A DNA stretch of 63,670 nt, the filler included, from Catajapyx aquilonaris (Eukaryota): the NCBI GenBank assembly GCA_000934665.2. It is 4 parts of 4 records of this genome, joined end to end, with 100 filler letters (N's around TTAATTAATTAA, not from the genome) between each part and the next. Parts side by side here need not be neighbours in the genome. Positions count along the whole stretch, not along the records: positions 31,896 to 47,736 come from JYFJ02007373.1; positions 47,837 to 63,670 come from JYFJ02007376.1; 2 more parts are not named here. One strand, given 5' to 3'. Each line of letters opens with the position of its first letter. The first letter of the stretch is position 1. Shown here piece by piece: positions 39,470 through 51,800 of the stretch. Under the pieces are notes generated by a model. The model made no database searches and had not been told where the DNA came from. It worked only from the letters and a program-made list of their open reading frames with translations. A program made the position numbers and the translations under genes.

Positions 39470-39986
39470 CAGGGGTATTCAATGACAAGGTCCAGTATTT
39501 ACCTTACCTGGGTCATTGAAGGTCCAGACCCCCCCCCCCCCCCNNNGGAGTAAAAATATATAGATTTTATATGGTACCACACGGTTCATATTTGAAAACA
39601 GAAACATGTGCAGCAAGGGTAGATGGGCCTATCAAGGGCATATTAATACATTTTCGCCCTTTACGAGATGTCCTGCACAGGCGCGTAGGTGGAAGAATTT
39701 CGGAGGGGGGCCCATTTCATAAGCACAAGGTGAACAAGCCGTAAAGGGCGGGGGAACGAGCCCGCTGCAAGCGACATTTTTTGGGGGTTCCAGGTCACAC
39801 GAGTTTAGGTGAATTTGGGAGATTTGAATGGGTGTGTATTTGATGAAATTGGTAGCCCTTTTTCCAAAAAATCATGAATTAGTAATTTATCATGCTATTT
39901 CAAACTGTCCTGTATATTGTCGCGGTCCGGACAAAATTGCATGGCGGTCCGGATCCAGACCGCGGTCCGCCAGTTGAATAGCCCTG
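39470..39986. mobile_element. hAT-type MITE
   Basis: TIR CAGGG(G/C)TATTCAA, perfect 8-nt TSD atctatac. Confidence 0.85.
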
Positions 39987-41204
39987 ATCTATACCATGTT
40001 TCTAATGCACTCATAGCTGTACACTACTTATTGTCAGATGTAAGCATAAGGATAGGTCTCGAGTACTCTGAATACCCACATTTGATTGTTACATTGCATT
40101 TGAAGTGTTACTTGCATTTATATTACGGACTGCGCTAGCCACTTGGTTCGGTGGGTTCGGTTCTACACCCTGAGACATGCTTAGTTCTCCAAGATCAAGA
40201 AGTAGACACTGTACTCTTAACTGTGTTTACAGCTGTGGATACAGCATTTTTAGAATTAACAAATAAATGTAAAATTTAAGTCTACGATCTCGGCTGCTAT
40301 TTTTGCGGGAACGTCAGAGGTAAGACCCACTTTCAAAAAAATAGCTGCATTTTTCTGAGGATATTTTTTAATTTAAATTTTGGAACAGAAATTGCACGTT
40401 TTTTCACTATTGACATACAGCTCAACTTTGCGGAAGGAGGGATTCTGGGAATGCTATGGTAGTTCAGTCACCATCCAAGAGATGGCAGGAGCATATTGAA
40501 CTGCAATGTTCGAATTCTCTATGCACATCCTAGCTCGCCCAATTCTAAAAATCTCAGGACATCATATGATGCACGTTGGCCTCAAAGGGTTAATATCCAT
40601 TCATATTCGCAGAAGAGGACATACGAAGCACGTTCGGAAATGATTTACACTCTTTCTTTTTCGCGCTTAAGAAGTGGTCCTAGAAGTTCCATTATTCACC
40701 ACTAGATGGAACGAGTCTTCCTGAGTGTGCCACAAAAAATTGGACGCCATTCGTCTCAGTTGCATCGTCATGGTGCCCGCCAAAAGTAGTGCCCGTAGCT
40801 CTCGTCATGGACAAAGTTGCAGGAGACTCCACGATGCGAATCCTGACGCTTTCTTTGCACAACTCGTCACAGGTGACGAATCGTGGTTCCACCATTGCCG
40901 TTCTCCAGCCAGTCCACCAGTAGGATGCCATCCTTGATGCCATCTGCATCCCAAAAAACACACCCCATCTGCTTGCCAGTGGATGATGCCACCTTGAATT
41001 TTTTTGGCCGTGGACTTCCATCGTGCTTCTACTGCATGGACTGTCGTTTCTTCTCGGGCGTGTGATGGTGGAACCACGTTTCGTCGCCAGTGACGAGTCA
41101 TGCAAAGAAAGCATCAGGATCTGCGCCGTGGACTCTCCTGCAACGTTGTCCATGACGAGAGCTACGGGCACTACTTTTGGCGGGCACCGTGACGATGCAA
41201 CTGA

Positions 41205-41741
41205 CAACCAAACTAACTCTTCTTACCCTCCTTAATTTTGAAATTTTTTGGATTTTCTCATTCTGCTTGGGCTAGTGTTGTGCAAACATCACCTCTACTG
41301 CTAATTTTCAGGTCAAACAAAATACAAGCTAAATGCGATATTCCGAAACCACAACACCCAGCAGCCAGTTGCGGGTTGCAGGTCCCCGGTCGCTGTGACT
41401 GTAGCGCGCTCTAGGCTGGCGTGAGCAAGTAGAATATGACCTCACACGCTTTGAAATCAATGTTGTGTAGCACTTATGAATCAAGTTTAATCAATCATTT
41501 ACATACCACTGATATCAGTCAAGACGACCCGCGACCGGTCAGCTGGGACCGGCGACCTGCCACCTGTGACAGGATGCAGGTGTTGTGGCTTCGGAATTTC
41601 GGCCTTTCGGTTTGTATTTTGACCCTGCTAACGTGAAAATTAGCAGCAGAGGTGATGTTTACACAACACTACAGGCCAAGCAGAATTTAAAAATCCAAAA
41701 TTGTCCAAAATTTAGGAGGGTAAGAAGAGTTAGTTTGGTTG
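41205..41741. mobile_element. MITE with ~150-nt TIRs and 3-nt TSD (TGA)
   Basis: CAACCAAACTAACTCTTCTTACCCTCCT / AGGAGGGTAAGAAGAGTTAGTTTGGTTG; TGA at 41202-41204 and 42045-42047. Confidence 0.8.
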
Positions 41742-41743
41742 TG

Positions 41744-42033
41744 TCGAAGCAGCAGTGGGTGAAGGCATATGGTATCCGGCTGCTAATCGGGAGGTCCGGG
41801 GATCAAATCCCGGGGCCGGCAACTCTGACTGTGGTTTTCTGTGGTTTCCCACGGTCCCTCCAGGAAAATTCCAGAGTTGTTTCCGTAATTAACAGGCCAG
41901 AGCCGCTTCCTTCCATCCCTATTCCTTCCCAAAAAGCGAAGTAAAAAGCAAAGCGTTCCTGACAAAAAAATTGGGATGAACTCCCCACCTTAAGGGAGCC
42001 AATGGCTCTATCACGGAGTAAATTATTAAAAGA
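41744..42033 (+). mobile_element. tRNA-derived SINE, family A
   Basis: Head and body match the 16051 copy; perfect 13-nt TSD tagtttggttgtg (41731-41743, 42034-42046). Confidence 0.85.
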
Positions 42034-42570
42034 TAGTTTGGTTGTGAGATGAATGGCGTCCGACTTTTTGTGGCACACTCAGGAAGACTCGTTCCATCTA
42101 GTGGTGAATAATAGAACTTCTAGGACCACTTCTTCAGCGGGAAAAAGAAAGTGTAAATCATTTCCAAACATGACTCGTAGAAATTTAATAAAACAAGTGG
42201 GCTGGATTATTTTATGCCAACATAGTGCTACTACAGTATAATAATGTCAATAAATTTCCAACTACAGTATTTACTCAAATGTAAGTTATCTCGCAATCTA
42301 ACAGTAAGTAGTCAAATATGGCAGAATGCTTTGTACCTGACTCTAAGAAGCACCCTATTTTTTCCCTGTATATTTTCAAGACAAAAACACTGGAGTAAAT
42401 ATGGTATTTACCCTGGTGATTTGCCCCAACAAGGTCCAAAGTGTATTAATCAAAAATGTAATGTTTGGCTAAGGTACATGAAGTAATTTGCATGCTATGG
42501 CAATTTTCCTTTACAGCTTCATTTCTCAAACTGCACTTTTGGTAGGATGCACCCATGATCCTAGAATACT

Positions 42571-42822
42571 CAGGTCTGGACACTCCCACCTACCCCCTGC
42601 CGGGGCGTTTTGCTGAAGGTGCTCACTTGAGAGCGCCATGAGACCTTTCACTCTCCAGGTATGTGGACTAGGCTGAACTTTATAGGTACAAAAGGGATGC
42701 GCTACATTGGGGGACCCAACATGGTCGCCGGCGGCCATTTTGGGCCCGCATGTTTGGGCACCTTCTGCAAAACGCCCCGGCAGGCGATAAGATCAGAATG
42801 TAGTGTAAGTGTCCGAGGGCTG
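42571..42822. mobile_element. MITE with internal inverted repeats
   Basis: cctgccggggcgttttgc.gaaggtgc inverted at ~42596-42622 and ~42758-42784. Confidence 0.55.
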
Positions 42823-42839
42823 GATGGGTCCTTCTTGTA

Positions 42840-43001
42840 CAGTGTTGGACATTAATCAAGTCATACTGCTAGCGACATTTTCTGAAGCGGCAGAAGAACG
42901 AATCGAAGATATGGATAGCGCAAGACATGCGAGCAAGATTCGTTCTTCCGCCACTTTGGAAAATGTCGCTAGCAGTATGACTCCATTGATGTCCATCATT
43001 G
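42840..43001. mobile_element. Fold-back MITE (TA TSD)
   Basis: About 65-nt arms, CAGTGTTGGACATTAAT...GAAGAACGAATC and their inverse. Confidence 0.75.
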
Positions 43002-43526
43002 TACCCACCCCATCATTTTTAGTTTGACTCAAAGAAAAAGTCTGTCATATTTCTTTTTTTTTTTTTTCCATTTCTAACCTTTTTCTTTGGCAATGCATGG
43101 ATAATCTGCAAAACATATAATCTGCTGCATAATTGGTAGTACAGTGTAGAAGATTCAAACTGTTGAATGGAATGCTAGCAATTAAGATAGGTAATCCATG
43201 GGACACCTATTTTGCTTTTCCACTAAAATGTTAGCTGCACATAATGCTGGATGCATGTGCTAGAAAAGTGAAACATCGTACAACTGTTGAGGGATGTGCC
43301 AGGAATGTTGGGGCATATTCTGGCTACATAGCTAGAAGATACATAGGCTTTTCCGATAACTGTTCGGACAAAAAAGTTGAGACACCCTGTATGCTTCATT
43401 AAAATAAAGTTTCCCATTGTATGACCCCATTTTGAAGGGTCGCCATATTAGGAAAAAGCTTAGTCTATACACATAATTTAAGATTTCACTTTTAATTTGC
43501 ATTCATAGAACTGGTCCTTCATATTA

Positions 43527-43864
43527 CAGTGGAGCATCGATTATCCGAACCCCGATCAACCGAACGTTTTCGGGTCGGCAAAAAAAGAGAAAAAAGCGCG
43601 ATTTAGCCACCAAAAAACGAGCCTCGGCTCTCAAGCAAAAGAAATTGGCCTTTTCCCCCCCCTAAACTGTAGGACTGCTTGTATTTTTAAGACGTGCCTG
43701 TGACAGAAAATACACAGTTTTGTGGTTAATATCACTGTTTCTTAGTTTCATATTGCTCCTATGATACCAGTACAATTTTTTTCCGCAAATGATCGGTTAT
43801 CCGAACAATCAGTTATCCGAACACCCCCTTGGCAGACTCTGTTCGGATAATCGATGCTCCACTG
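43527..43864. mobile_element. pogo/Tigger-like MITE
   Basis: TA TSD, perfect TIR CAGTGGAGCATCGATTATCCGAAC. Confidence 0.85.
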
Positions 43865-43896
43865 TATTATGATGTTCCCCACTTATTGAAGGATAA

Positions 43897-44328
43897 AGTG
43901 GGCTCTACACAGTCAATCCGACTCCGACTTCAACCGACTTTGACTATTGAACCTTCTGTGTAAATGGCATTCCATGTCAGATCTGCCGTCGGCACCAGGG
44001 AGGCCAGCTCAAGTCACCTAGGCAGATTGGAGACGGGAGAGTGGGCGGGGCAAGGCGTCGGATCGACTGCGTGAATCACTGTTCGACTCATCCCGGCTCT
44101 CTGATTGGCTAGTGAGGTCTGCTAGTCGAACTCGTTGCCCCCCACACCATCTTCACCTCCACCTTTTTTTAGTAAACAAACTTTGCCCCCACCCTCCACC
44201 CCCCTCCACAAGAACGTGTCCCCCCACCTTCGAACATCGAACATTGAACAGCAGACCTCTGTCTGAACAGGGTGTCCGATGCCTCTGAGTCGGAGAGTCA
44301 GAGTCGGATCGACTGTGTAGAGCCCACT
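43897..44328. mobile_element. PIF/Harbinger-type MITE
   Basis: TAA TSD, TIR AGTGGGCTCTACACAGTC(A/G)ATCCGACTC. Confidence 0.85.
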
Positions 44329-45201
44329 TAATCCACACAAGCCCCCCGACACTCCTCTAATACGGTAGGGTAATTCATATGTCTCTGCCAGCCTTAAATT
44401 GGCGATGGCAGTGATACATCGTTCGCTATACCGCCATCTTGTCAAGGTGCAACCCTGGTGGTAGGTAGCGAATGAGTCTGCCGCGCGGTCTGCCGATGGG
44501 CTCGATCTTTCTTCGATTCCGCAGACTTACCACTTGAGAGTATCTTGATGGTATAGCAAACACTGAGAGCCGTCAGAGTCAAATTCCGGGTTGGTGGAGA
44601 CACGCAAATTAACCTACCGTATCCATAAGGCTAGGGGGGAAGTGACAGGGGGCTGATCCACAGCGTGCAATAAGTATACAGGAATCTTGGTTTCGCTAAG
44701 TGGTCCCTCTTAAACAACAAGCACCTCTAAAATTGGGATTCATCTACCATTGGAATAAATGTTAATAATAAAATTCCCACAAAATCCAACTGACTGTTGT
44801 CCCCCTTGAACTTCAAAAATGTACCCATGAAAAATATTTGGACTGCTGCATCTCAGTTGATTGTCATGCAATTGTAGCTTTCCATTTTTTTATTGCCCTA
44901 TTTCTACCAAAAATCTGAGTGCTCAATGGAACATAGTTGTCCTACAGATTCTCTACATTACGCTACCTTTATTTTCTAGTATTGTTCAAGTTCATAATAT
45001 TCAAAGTGATTATTCCCTACGTACTCCTTGACAGATATGTTCACTTCCATGATTTAATATCAAGAATATTTTTACAAGTATCTGAGTATGTAATGCCAAG
45101 GTTGACAAGTATCCCCACATTTCATGTATACGAGACAGAAAACCTAATGGAAAAATCTCCTCTGTATTGCATAATGAAGAAAAAGGGCCAATAAGACTTA
45201 C

Positions 45202-45552
45202 ACTGCCACTTAATCCTTGAGCCTTATCCCCAAAACTAGGTATGAGCAGCAGCTTCTTCAGGGTAGAAAACTGAGCAAGGGCTTTCTCAAAGTTCCCTGT
45301 GCTGCCAAAGTTGATCAGCTCTAGTTCTTGTAGTTGATGATGACCTGATGCAAGTTCGTCCAAGTGAGAACCTTGCTCCCCAAGGTCACATCTCTCTAGT
45401 CGCAATTTCTTGAGGGAAGGCAGTGATGCCAGGACGGAGTAGGCGTCAATGTGAAGATTGTTGCAGTGGCCTAGTTCAAGCGACTCCAGTGAACGAAGTG
45501 ATGATAGTCTTAAAAGCTGCTCACTGTAAAGCTCCTTCACACTTGTCAAAGA
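45202..45552 (-). CDS. LRR protein (arthropod F-box/LRR type), penultimate exon
   Basis: ttttcag|SLTSVKELYSEQLLRLSSLRSLESLELGHC...LKKLRLERC...LQELELINF...LKKLLLIPSFGDKAQGLSGS|gtaagt; 351 nt with LxxLxL repeats. Upstream exons are absent from the piece. Confidence 0.85.
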
Positions 45553-45789
45553 CTGAAAATTTTGGGAATACCATCAGAAAACTCAACACTATGGCTTTAA
45601 AAAAAAAATCAAAATCCACAAATTCCCAGAATACACATTCATACATTGAGTGCAGTCATCGTATAATTAAAGGGACATGCTTTCAAGGGTACACTCTGTA
45701 TTTCTTAGCCCAGGATGGTAAGCCCAGGTTGAGAGCTGGGAAGCCATCTCGCTCTGATCCAGGGAATGAGGGCAGCATGGTGATGTAGT

Positions 45790-46910
45790 TGTTTACCCGC
45801 TCAATCATGCCTGGAGTTATCGTTGCGATCCTATCCCATAGGTGCTGGAGATGCCAGATCTTTTCACCCTACACAATGTTCTTGATGTATCCCCTCAAAA
45901 AAGCCCAGCCGGGAAAGATCTGGGCTTCTGGGGGGCCAGGCTTAGGAAGACTTCTCATTCAAGACTTTGCATGCTGGTAGGCTGAACAAAATTGATGATA
46001 ATGAAATGGGACAAGCCATTAGAACTGTGAATGAAACAACGCACATGGGATGAAAAGGGGTCTTAATATGATCATAAACATGTAATTTTTTTGGGGAGCA
46101 AACACACGTGATTTTGACGAGGACAGCAAATAGGGACAGAGTATGACTAGTGGACAAGTTCTTTGGCCAGGAGCAGATGGATGCTGCGGTGGCATTGTTT
46201 CCACACGTAAAACTCCGCAAAAGTGCCGACATTTCCGACATAACATGATGGGCATTCGCTTGGTGTTGCAGCAAATCAATCAGTCTTCTTGCAAACAGCC
46301 AGAGCAGTGCCAGCACACTCGAGTAGAAACAGTCCTCACAATGGAGCTGTGGTGAATGTGTATTCCAGAGCCCAGATAATAAGGGGAAATCGACTAATGT
46401 CCTGAACAGGACACCGTGCTGCAGGCATTTGTCAAAAAAGTCATGCCAGGCCCGACAGAATGGAGAGCTTGACTTGATCGCGCGCGTCCTGGGGCCAGGG
46501 AAAAAATGTGCCACAAATGTTTTCCAACCTTATTTACGCAATATTTTGACTTCCAGCGTGCTGGTACACGTGTGCTCTCAGGGTTTTGCAGGGTGTGGCC
46601 CGGCAATGATCAAACCCCAAGACATGCCTGCTCGTTATTTTGTTGCTGACCTCTTCACAGGAACTAATTCCATTAACAAGCAAGAATCGATACAGGCCGC
46701 TATTTTCATTTTATATCTGGAAAGTGGGGAGGGGTGGGGGGAATGAAACTTCCCTACGCCTGGTTTGTTTCGTGGACGAGGTGACATTTGAAAGGTGAAT
46801 CATAAAGATCAATGTGTATGGTGTAAAGATCTGGGATATTCAGCACCTACAGGATAAGATCATAATGGTTACTCCAGGCATAATTGAGCAGGTTTGGCAC
46901 AAGACCATTA
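45790..46910. mobile_element. Rearranged, degenerate Tc1/mariner transposase relic
   Basis: Minus strand near 45800-45925: PDLSRLGF/RGYIKNIV*GEKIWHLQHLWDRIATITPGMIERV. Plus strand near 46760-46900: VCFVDEVTF and IKINVYGVKIWDIQHLQDKIIMVTPGIIEQVW. Confidence 0.6.
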
Positions 46911-47291
46911 CTGTCTTTTTATCTGCCGAGCGACAAATGGAGCTCATATGAAAACAAACTAAAGTAGGACCAAAACTTCAGCCATTTCTTAGCATTTCAA
47001 AACTTAAATCATTAACATATGTTGACAAGTTTTCAAGGTATAGGATTTAACCCTTCGAGGCCTACAATCGTCACATGATGATCTGCGGGTTTTTGAACTG
47101 GGCTTGCTCAAGTTTAGACAGAAATGGCGCAGTTTGAGGCTCAAACTGCTCCTCCCATCTCGCGGAAGGGGGCTCAATCACCATGGCTTATGATAATAAG
47201 TTTTTCCGCCTCCCAGCAGGAGCTACACGTACCCCCTCCAGCGGCATCAGAACAGAGTGTGCTGTAAGTCTGGACTAGCCCCCTGACACTC

Positions 47292-47736
47292 GGGTCATTC
47301 CATGTCAATTCACCGAGCTTTTAAGGAAAATTGACCCTTGGGTTGTCAGATTTTGACGAAAATCGGAGAATCGCTTTAATTACGTCTTTCAAAAATACCA
47401 TTTGCGCGGTTTTGAGATTTACCCCCCCTCCCCGGAGATAGGCCCACCGAAAAAAACGTCCTTTTCGGAAGGTAGGGTTTCAGAAATCGGTCATATCTCG
47501 TGAACCAATTGAGCTACAGACGTCGCAGACCGCTCCCTTTGAAGAGATTCGAGAGCCCAATCTCACTAAGGATTGAAAATTCGTATTGTGACTTTTTTGA
47601 AAATTTTGTTCCATTTTCAAAATTTCAAATTTTTATTTAAAAAAATCCACCTAATTTAAAAATCCGATTTTTAAATATGTTGTAACTCAGACCCTTTCCC
47701 TGACATAGAAAAAAATCTCAGGAGGAGTTTTTTGAT
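47292..47736 (+). mobile_element. End of DNA transposon (same family as 15944-16372), cut by the linker
   Basis: Starts GGGTCATTCCATGTCAATTCACCGAGC; the first 110 nt match the other copy. Confidence 0.75.
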
Positions 47737-47836
47737 NNNNNNNNNNNNNNNNNNNNNNNNNNNNNNNNNNNNNNNNNNNNTTAATTAATTAANNNNNNNN
47801 NNNNNNNNNNNNNNNNNNNNNNNNNNNNNNNNNNNN
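47737..47836. other. Artificial linker (N44-TTAATTAATTAA-N44)
   Basis: Same 100-nt spacer. Confidence 0.97.
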
Positions 47837-48066
47837 TCTCTCTCATTGCATCAAATTGTCCCCAGTTGACCAGCCTTTTTCTGCTGGAGTGTCTCGGTAT
47901 CACCCGTAGTGGGCTGGTCGACCAGCTATCAAAATGCCAGAAGCTCAAGTCAGTTGAACTGGATGATGGGATGTATCGAGAGCTTTTTCCCAAACCACCT
48001 AGCCAGCACCCACCCAGTCAGATCAACACTACACTTTTCCCAGCTGGTTTCCCAGTTTACTTTTAA
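47837..48066 (+). CDS. C-terminal fragment of a cysteine-containing LRR (FBXL/AMN1-like) protein
   Basis: SLIASNCPQLTSLFLLECLGITRSGLVDQLSKCQKLKSVELD...FPVYF*; the CPxLxxLxLxxCxxIT pattern is typical of LRR_CC. 5' end cut by the linker. Confidence 0.7.
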
Positions 48067-48810
48067 GGCACATTGCCACAAAAAAAATTTAGGGACATTT
48101 TTATCTTATATATTCATACGCGATGTGTGACATTCAATGATAATTTTTGTAAAAAAAAAGAGAGACAATATAGACTTATTTTTTAAGTCATAAACTTGCA
48201 TCATGTGGTATGACCTTTCCAATATTTCAGTACACATAGGATTGTAGTCATTGTACATTACCAGATGTTTTATATGAATGTGGATTGTGCCAACAGCTGC
48301 GGAAAACAAATGTGCGCAGATGCGGAATGACTTTGCTTTCTGTTGCATGCCCTTGAACATGAGAATTACCTGAAGGATAATTGCAGGTGAAGACATCCAC
48401 TTAAACAATTGTTTTTATGCAAATTCGACCGCGTCCAATTTTCATTTAAAAATTTAAAAAAACCGCGCCTTACAACCGAAGTTCGAGTGTCTCCCAACAG
48501 ATGTCGCGAGTGTTCATTTTCAATCCAACTCGGATTTTTTTACACGCCAATATTTTCCACTTGCGAATATTTCTGCACGCAAATATTTTTTTTCATGCCG
48601 ATTTTTTAATACATCCCCGGCACGCAGCAGGTGTGGCCCGTGTGTGACTCTCGGTCATGTGAACTGTGAAGCCGATGGCCCTAGAAAGTGTGCACAGTTC
48701 AACAAGTGGAGAGCAATGTGCACAGATGAGGCCTTGATCAATCAGACAGGCCTTGTAACGTATTGACCTGCAGGGAAATCCTCTCTTGTGGTAAGCAACA
48801 TAAGGCAGGG

Positions 48811-51800
48811 ATGGCAGAGCATGAGATGCCCGAGCACGGCTGGAGGGTGAAGCTGGACCACGTATTCCCGGAGAGCAGGGACCAGAACATCAGGCCGCGC
48901 ATCAGGCAGCTCATTCAGTTCATACCGCTCTTCTTCAGGTACTACAGCACACTTGATTTTATGTAAATTAATCCAGCTAATTAGCAGCAAAGATCAACAG
49001 CGCTAGAGGGGTTAGTCGCTCATAAAGTCCGTACGGCGAGTCTGAAGTCCAGGTGAAGTCTGGACAAAGCTTTGGAAGTCCAGCCGATGTCCGTGAAGTT
49101 CGGTTGGGGCCCGACTATTGGGAAGTCCATCGTACGTTACAGGACAGAGTGACTAACCCCTCGGCAGCACTTGATGTATTCTGCAACGGAATTTTTGGCA
49201 AGGATTCCTCATGCAGATACGACATATTATGCAAAGTGCCTATTGTGAACTTGCCATTTAATCTCCTCATTTTATTGGCAATGATTCGGGTTTATAGCGG
49301 TTAGTACAATATGTTGAAAGCAAGCGTGATGCATTTTTGCATGTTTTTGTTAAAGGTACATATTCTGGTATCTGGTGATCCGTATGATGCGGAGGCGGCC
49401 GTTCATTGATTGCGTGACGATGTTGAAGAGCAAGCAGATGTATGGTGTGCCTATTGGCGGTATAGGGGGCGGAACGATTGGAAGAGGTTTCCGGGGGGAG
49501 TTTTGCCGGTTTCAGATCATTCCAGGAATTTACGAGTACAATACAGTGAAGGCGGACCAGTTTATTGTGAGCGTAAGGCGTGCGGATTCTACTGAGGCTG
49601 GTGCACTGTACCAGAAGGTGCTGACTGCCCAGGGCAAACCTGCGGGCAAAGGTCTTGGGACATGGGCCTGGGACTTTCCTGGACAAAATGGGACGTACCA
49701 TGCTCTCTATCCGAGGGCATGGACAGAGTACAGGATTCCGGAGGTCGGCCTGAGGCTGGTCTGCAGGCAGATATCGCCAGTCATACCCCACGACTACAAG
49801 GTGAAGCTGATATAAATCTACTTAGGAAAGAAATGTTACACACTTTTCATACATTCCAGGACTCATCTATGCCAGTTGCCGTGTTCGTGTGGACTGTTGA
49901 GAACAACAGTAGCGATGATCTCGAGGTGTCTGTTGCCTTCTCCTTCAAGAATGGGACTGGTGACTCCAGAGATCGAAGTGGCGGATGCTGGAGTGAAAGC
50001 TTCAAGCAGCACGATGCAGCCGGAGTCTTGATCCATCAAGAGATCAAGAAGATGGGCTGCACTTATGCAATTGCAGCTAAAGAAACTGTGAGTAACCATG
50101 TATGAAATGTACTGATATGCTGATGCAAGAAAGTAATTAGGACTTACAGTACATTGCTGGTTTTTAATTGACTCCTTTGATCTTGTCACGCAAATTATGC
50201 AAATTTTAAAGAGGCAGTGTCCCAGAGGCATTATTCATTGCATTTCTCACTGACAGTGAGTGTGTTCACCGTTTGCAGGATGAAGTGGAAGTAACTCACA
50301 AGATCAGCTTCAATCCACGAGGTGACGGATCGGACGTGTGGCAAGAGCTGTTCAGATACGGAAGCCTCTCTCAAGATGCCTCCCGAAGCTTAAAAACTCG
50401 ACAAGGGGAGGAATCAGCTTCGATGGTGTGTTCGAAGGTGGTCGTTCCTAAAGGGCAGACTCAACGGATGGAGCAGTGCCTGGCGTGGGACATGCCTCAG
50501 ATCAACTTCCACCTCAACCAGAAGACGCACCTGAGGCGATACACACGCTTCTTTGGCAAAGATGGAGACGCTGCCCCAGAGATGTGCAGATACGCTCTTG
50601 CCAATTACAGGAAATGGGAAACTGCCATTCACACCTGGCAGCAGACTGTACTACAAGATGTGTAAGATAAGCTCTCTGATGTTGATTTTCACTACATGTT
50701 ATGACAATACATATTGAGAATCTGCCCATTATCACCTTTCTGCATGGTAATATACAAATTTTCTGTAGAAAACTTCCCGACTGGTACAAGAGTGCTCTTT
50801 TCAACGAGCTGTACTTTGTTTCGGATGGCGGAACTCTCTGGCTGGAAGCTGATGAGGAAGACCTTGCTCCAGAGGATCTGCGTCGTGAGTATGGCCGATT
50901 TGCATACCTCGAGGGCCAGGAGTATCGCATGTACAACACTTACGATGTGCACTTCTACGCCTCCTTTGCCCTCAATGCCCTCTGGCCTCGGTTGCAGCAC
51001 AGCCTCCAACATGACATGTGCAAGTATGGCAACTTAATCACTTCACATGAATTGCATGTTGATGAACTTTGTGCCTGAAATTGTACAGCTAATTTATTGA
51101 TTTTGCAGGTATGTTTCGGCAGAACATGGAGACGTACGTACCCATTTGTACGATGGGTGTCGTTCATTACGTAAGAAGAAGGGGACCATACCGCATGATG
51201 TTGGAGATCCTTATGAGGAGCCCTTCCACCTTCTTAACACATACTGCATACATGACGTTGGAGATTGGCGGGACCTGAACCTTAAGTTTGTGCTGCAGGT
51301 CTTCAGAGATGCGGCCCACGTAAAGGGGGAAGCGGAAAGTAATGCTTATGTGAAGCAAATGTGGGAGGCATGCTGTCAGACCATGGACAAAGCAGAAGGA
51401 TGGGACAGGGATGGTGATGGGCTTATTGAGAACTCCGGGAAACCTGACCAAACCTATGATAGCTGGGTCATGACTGGACCAAGGTTGGTGGCATCATGAA
51501 AATGGAAATGTTTAGTGACTCATTCTGATTTATTTACAGTGCGTACTGTGGTGGACTTTGGCTGGCTGCCTTATACTGCATGAAGTCAATGTCGCATACA
51601 ATGGGCGATGCTAAGAAGGAGTCGCACTACTCGACCCTTCTGTCCAAAAGCCAGTCAGCGTACGACTCCAAACTGTGGACAGGAAGTTACTACCGCTTTG
51701 ATTGTGGGAGTCCCCCTGCATCCGAGTCCATCATGGCCGACCAGCTGTGCGGACACTGGTACCTTCGTGCATCTGGAGTTTCTGAGGATGTTTTTCCCAG

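Larger units (their letters stand above)
40624..42177. mobile_element. Mariner-derived fold-back element carrying a nested MITE and SINE
   Basis: TA flanks; left arm 40624-40895 is inverted in 41065-41204 plus 42045-42177; the arms encode a mariner transposase remnant (AFFAQLVTGDESWFHH). Confidence 0.85.

Noticed and set aside
40692..41207. 171-aa ORF with internal repeats
   Set aside because: Artefact of the mariner-derived palindrome.
45202..48066. The two LRR fragments as parts of one gene
   Set aside because: Opposite strands, each leads to its own stop codon, different LRR style, and an artificial linker lies between them.
51019..51024. GC-AG intron in GBA2 (T|gcaagt)
   Set aside because: Wrong phase; the canonical GT at 51024 joins exon 6 in frame.
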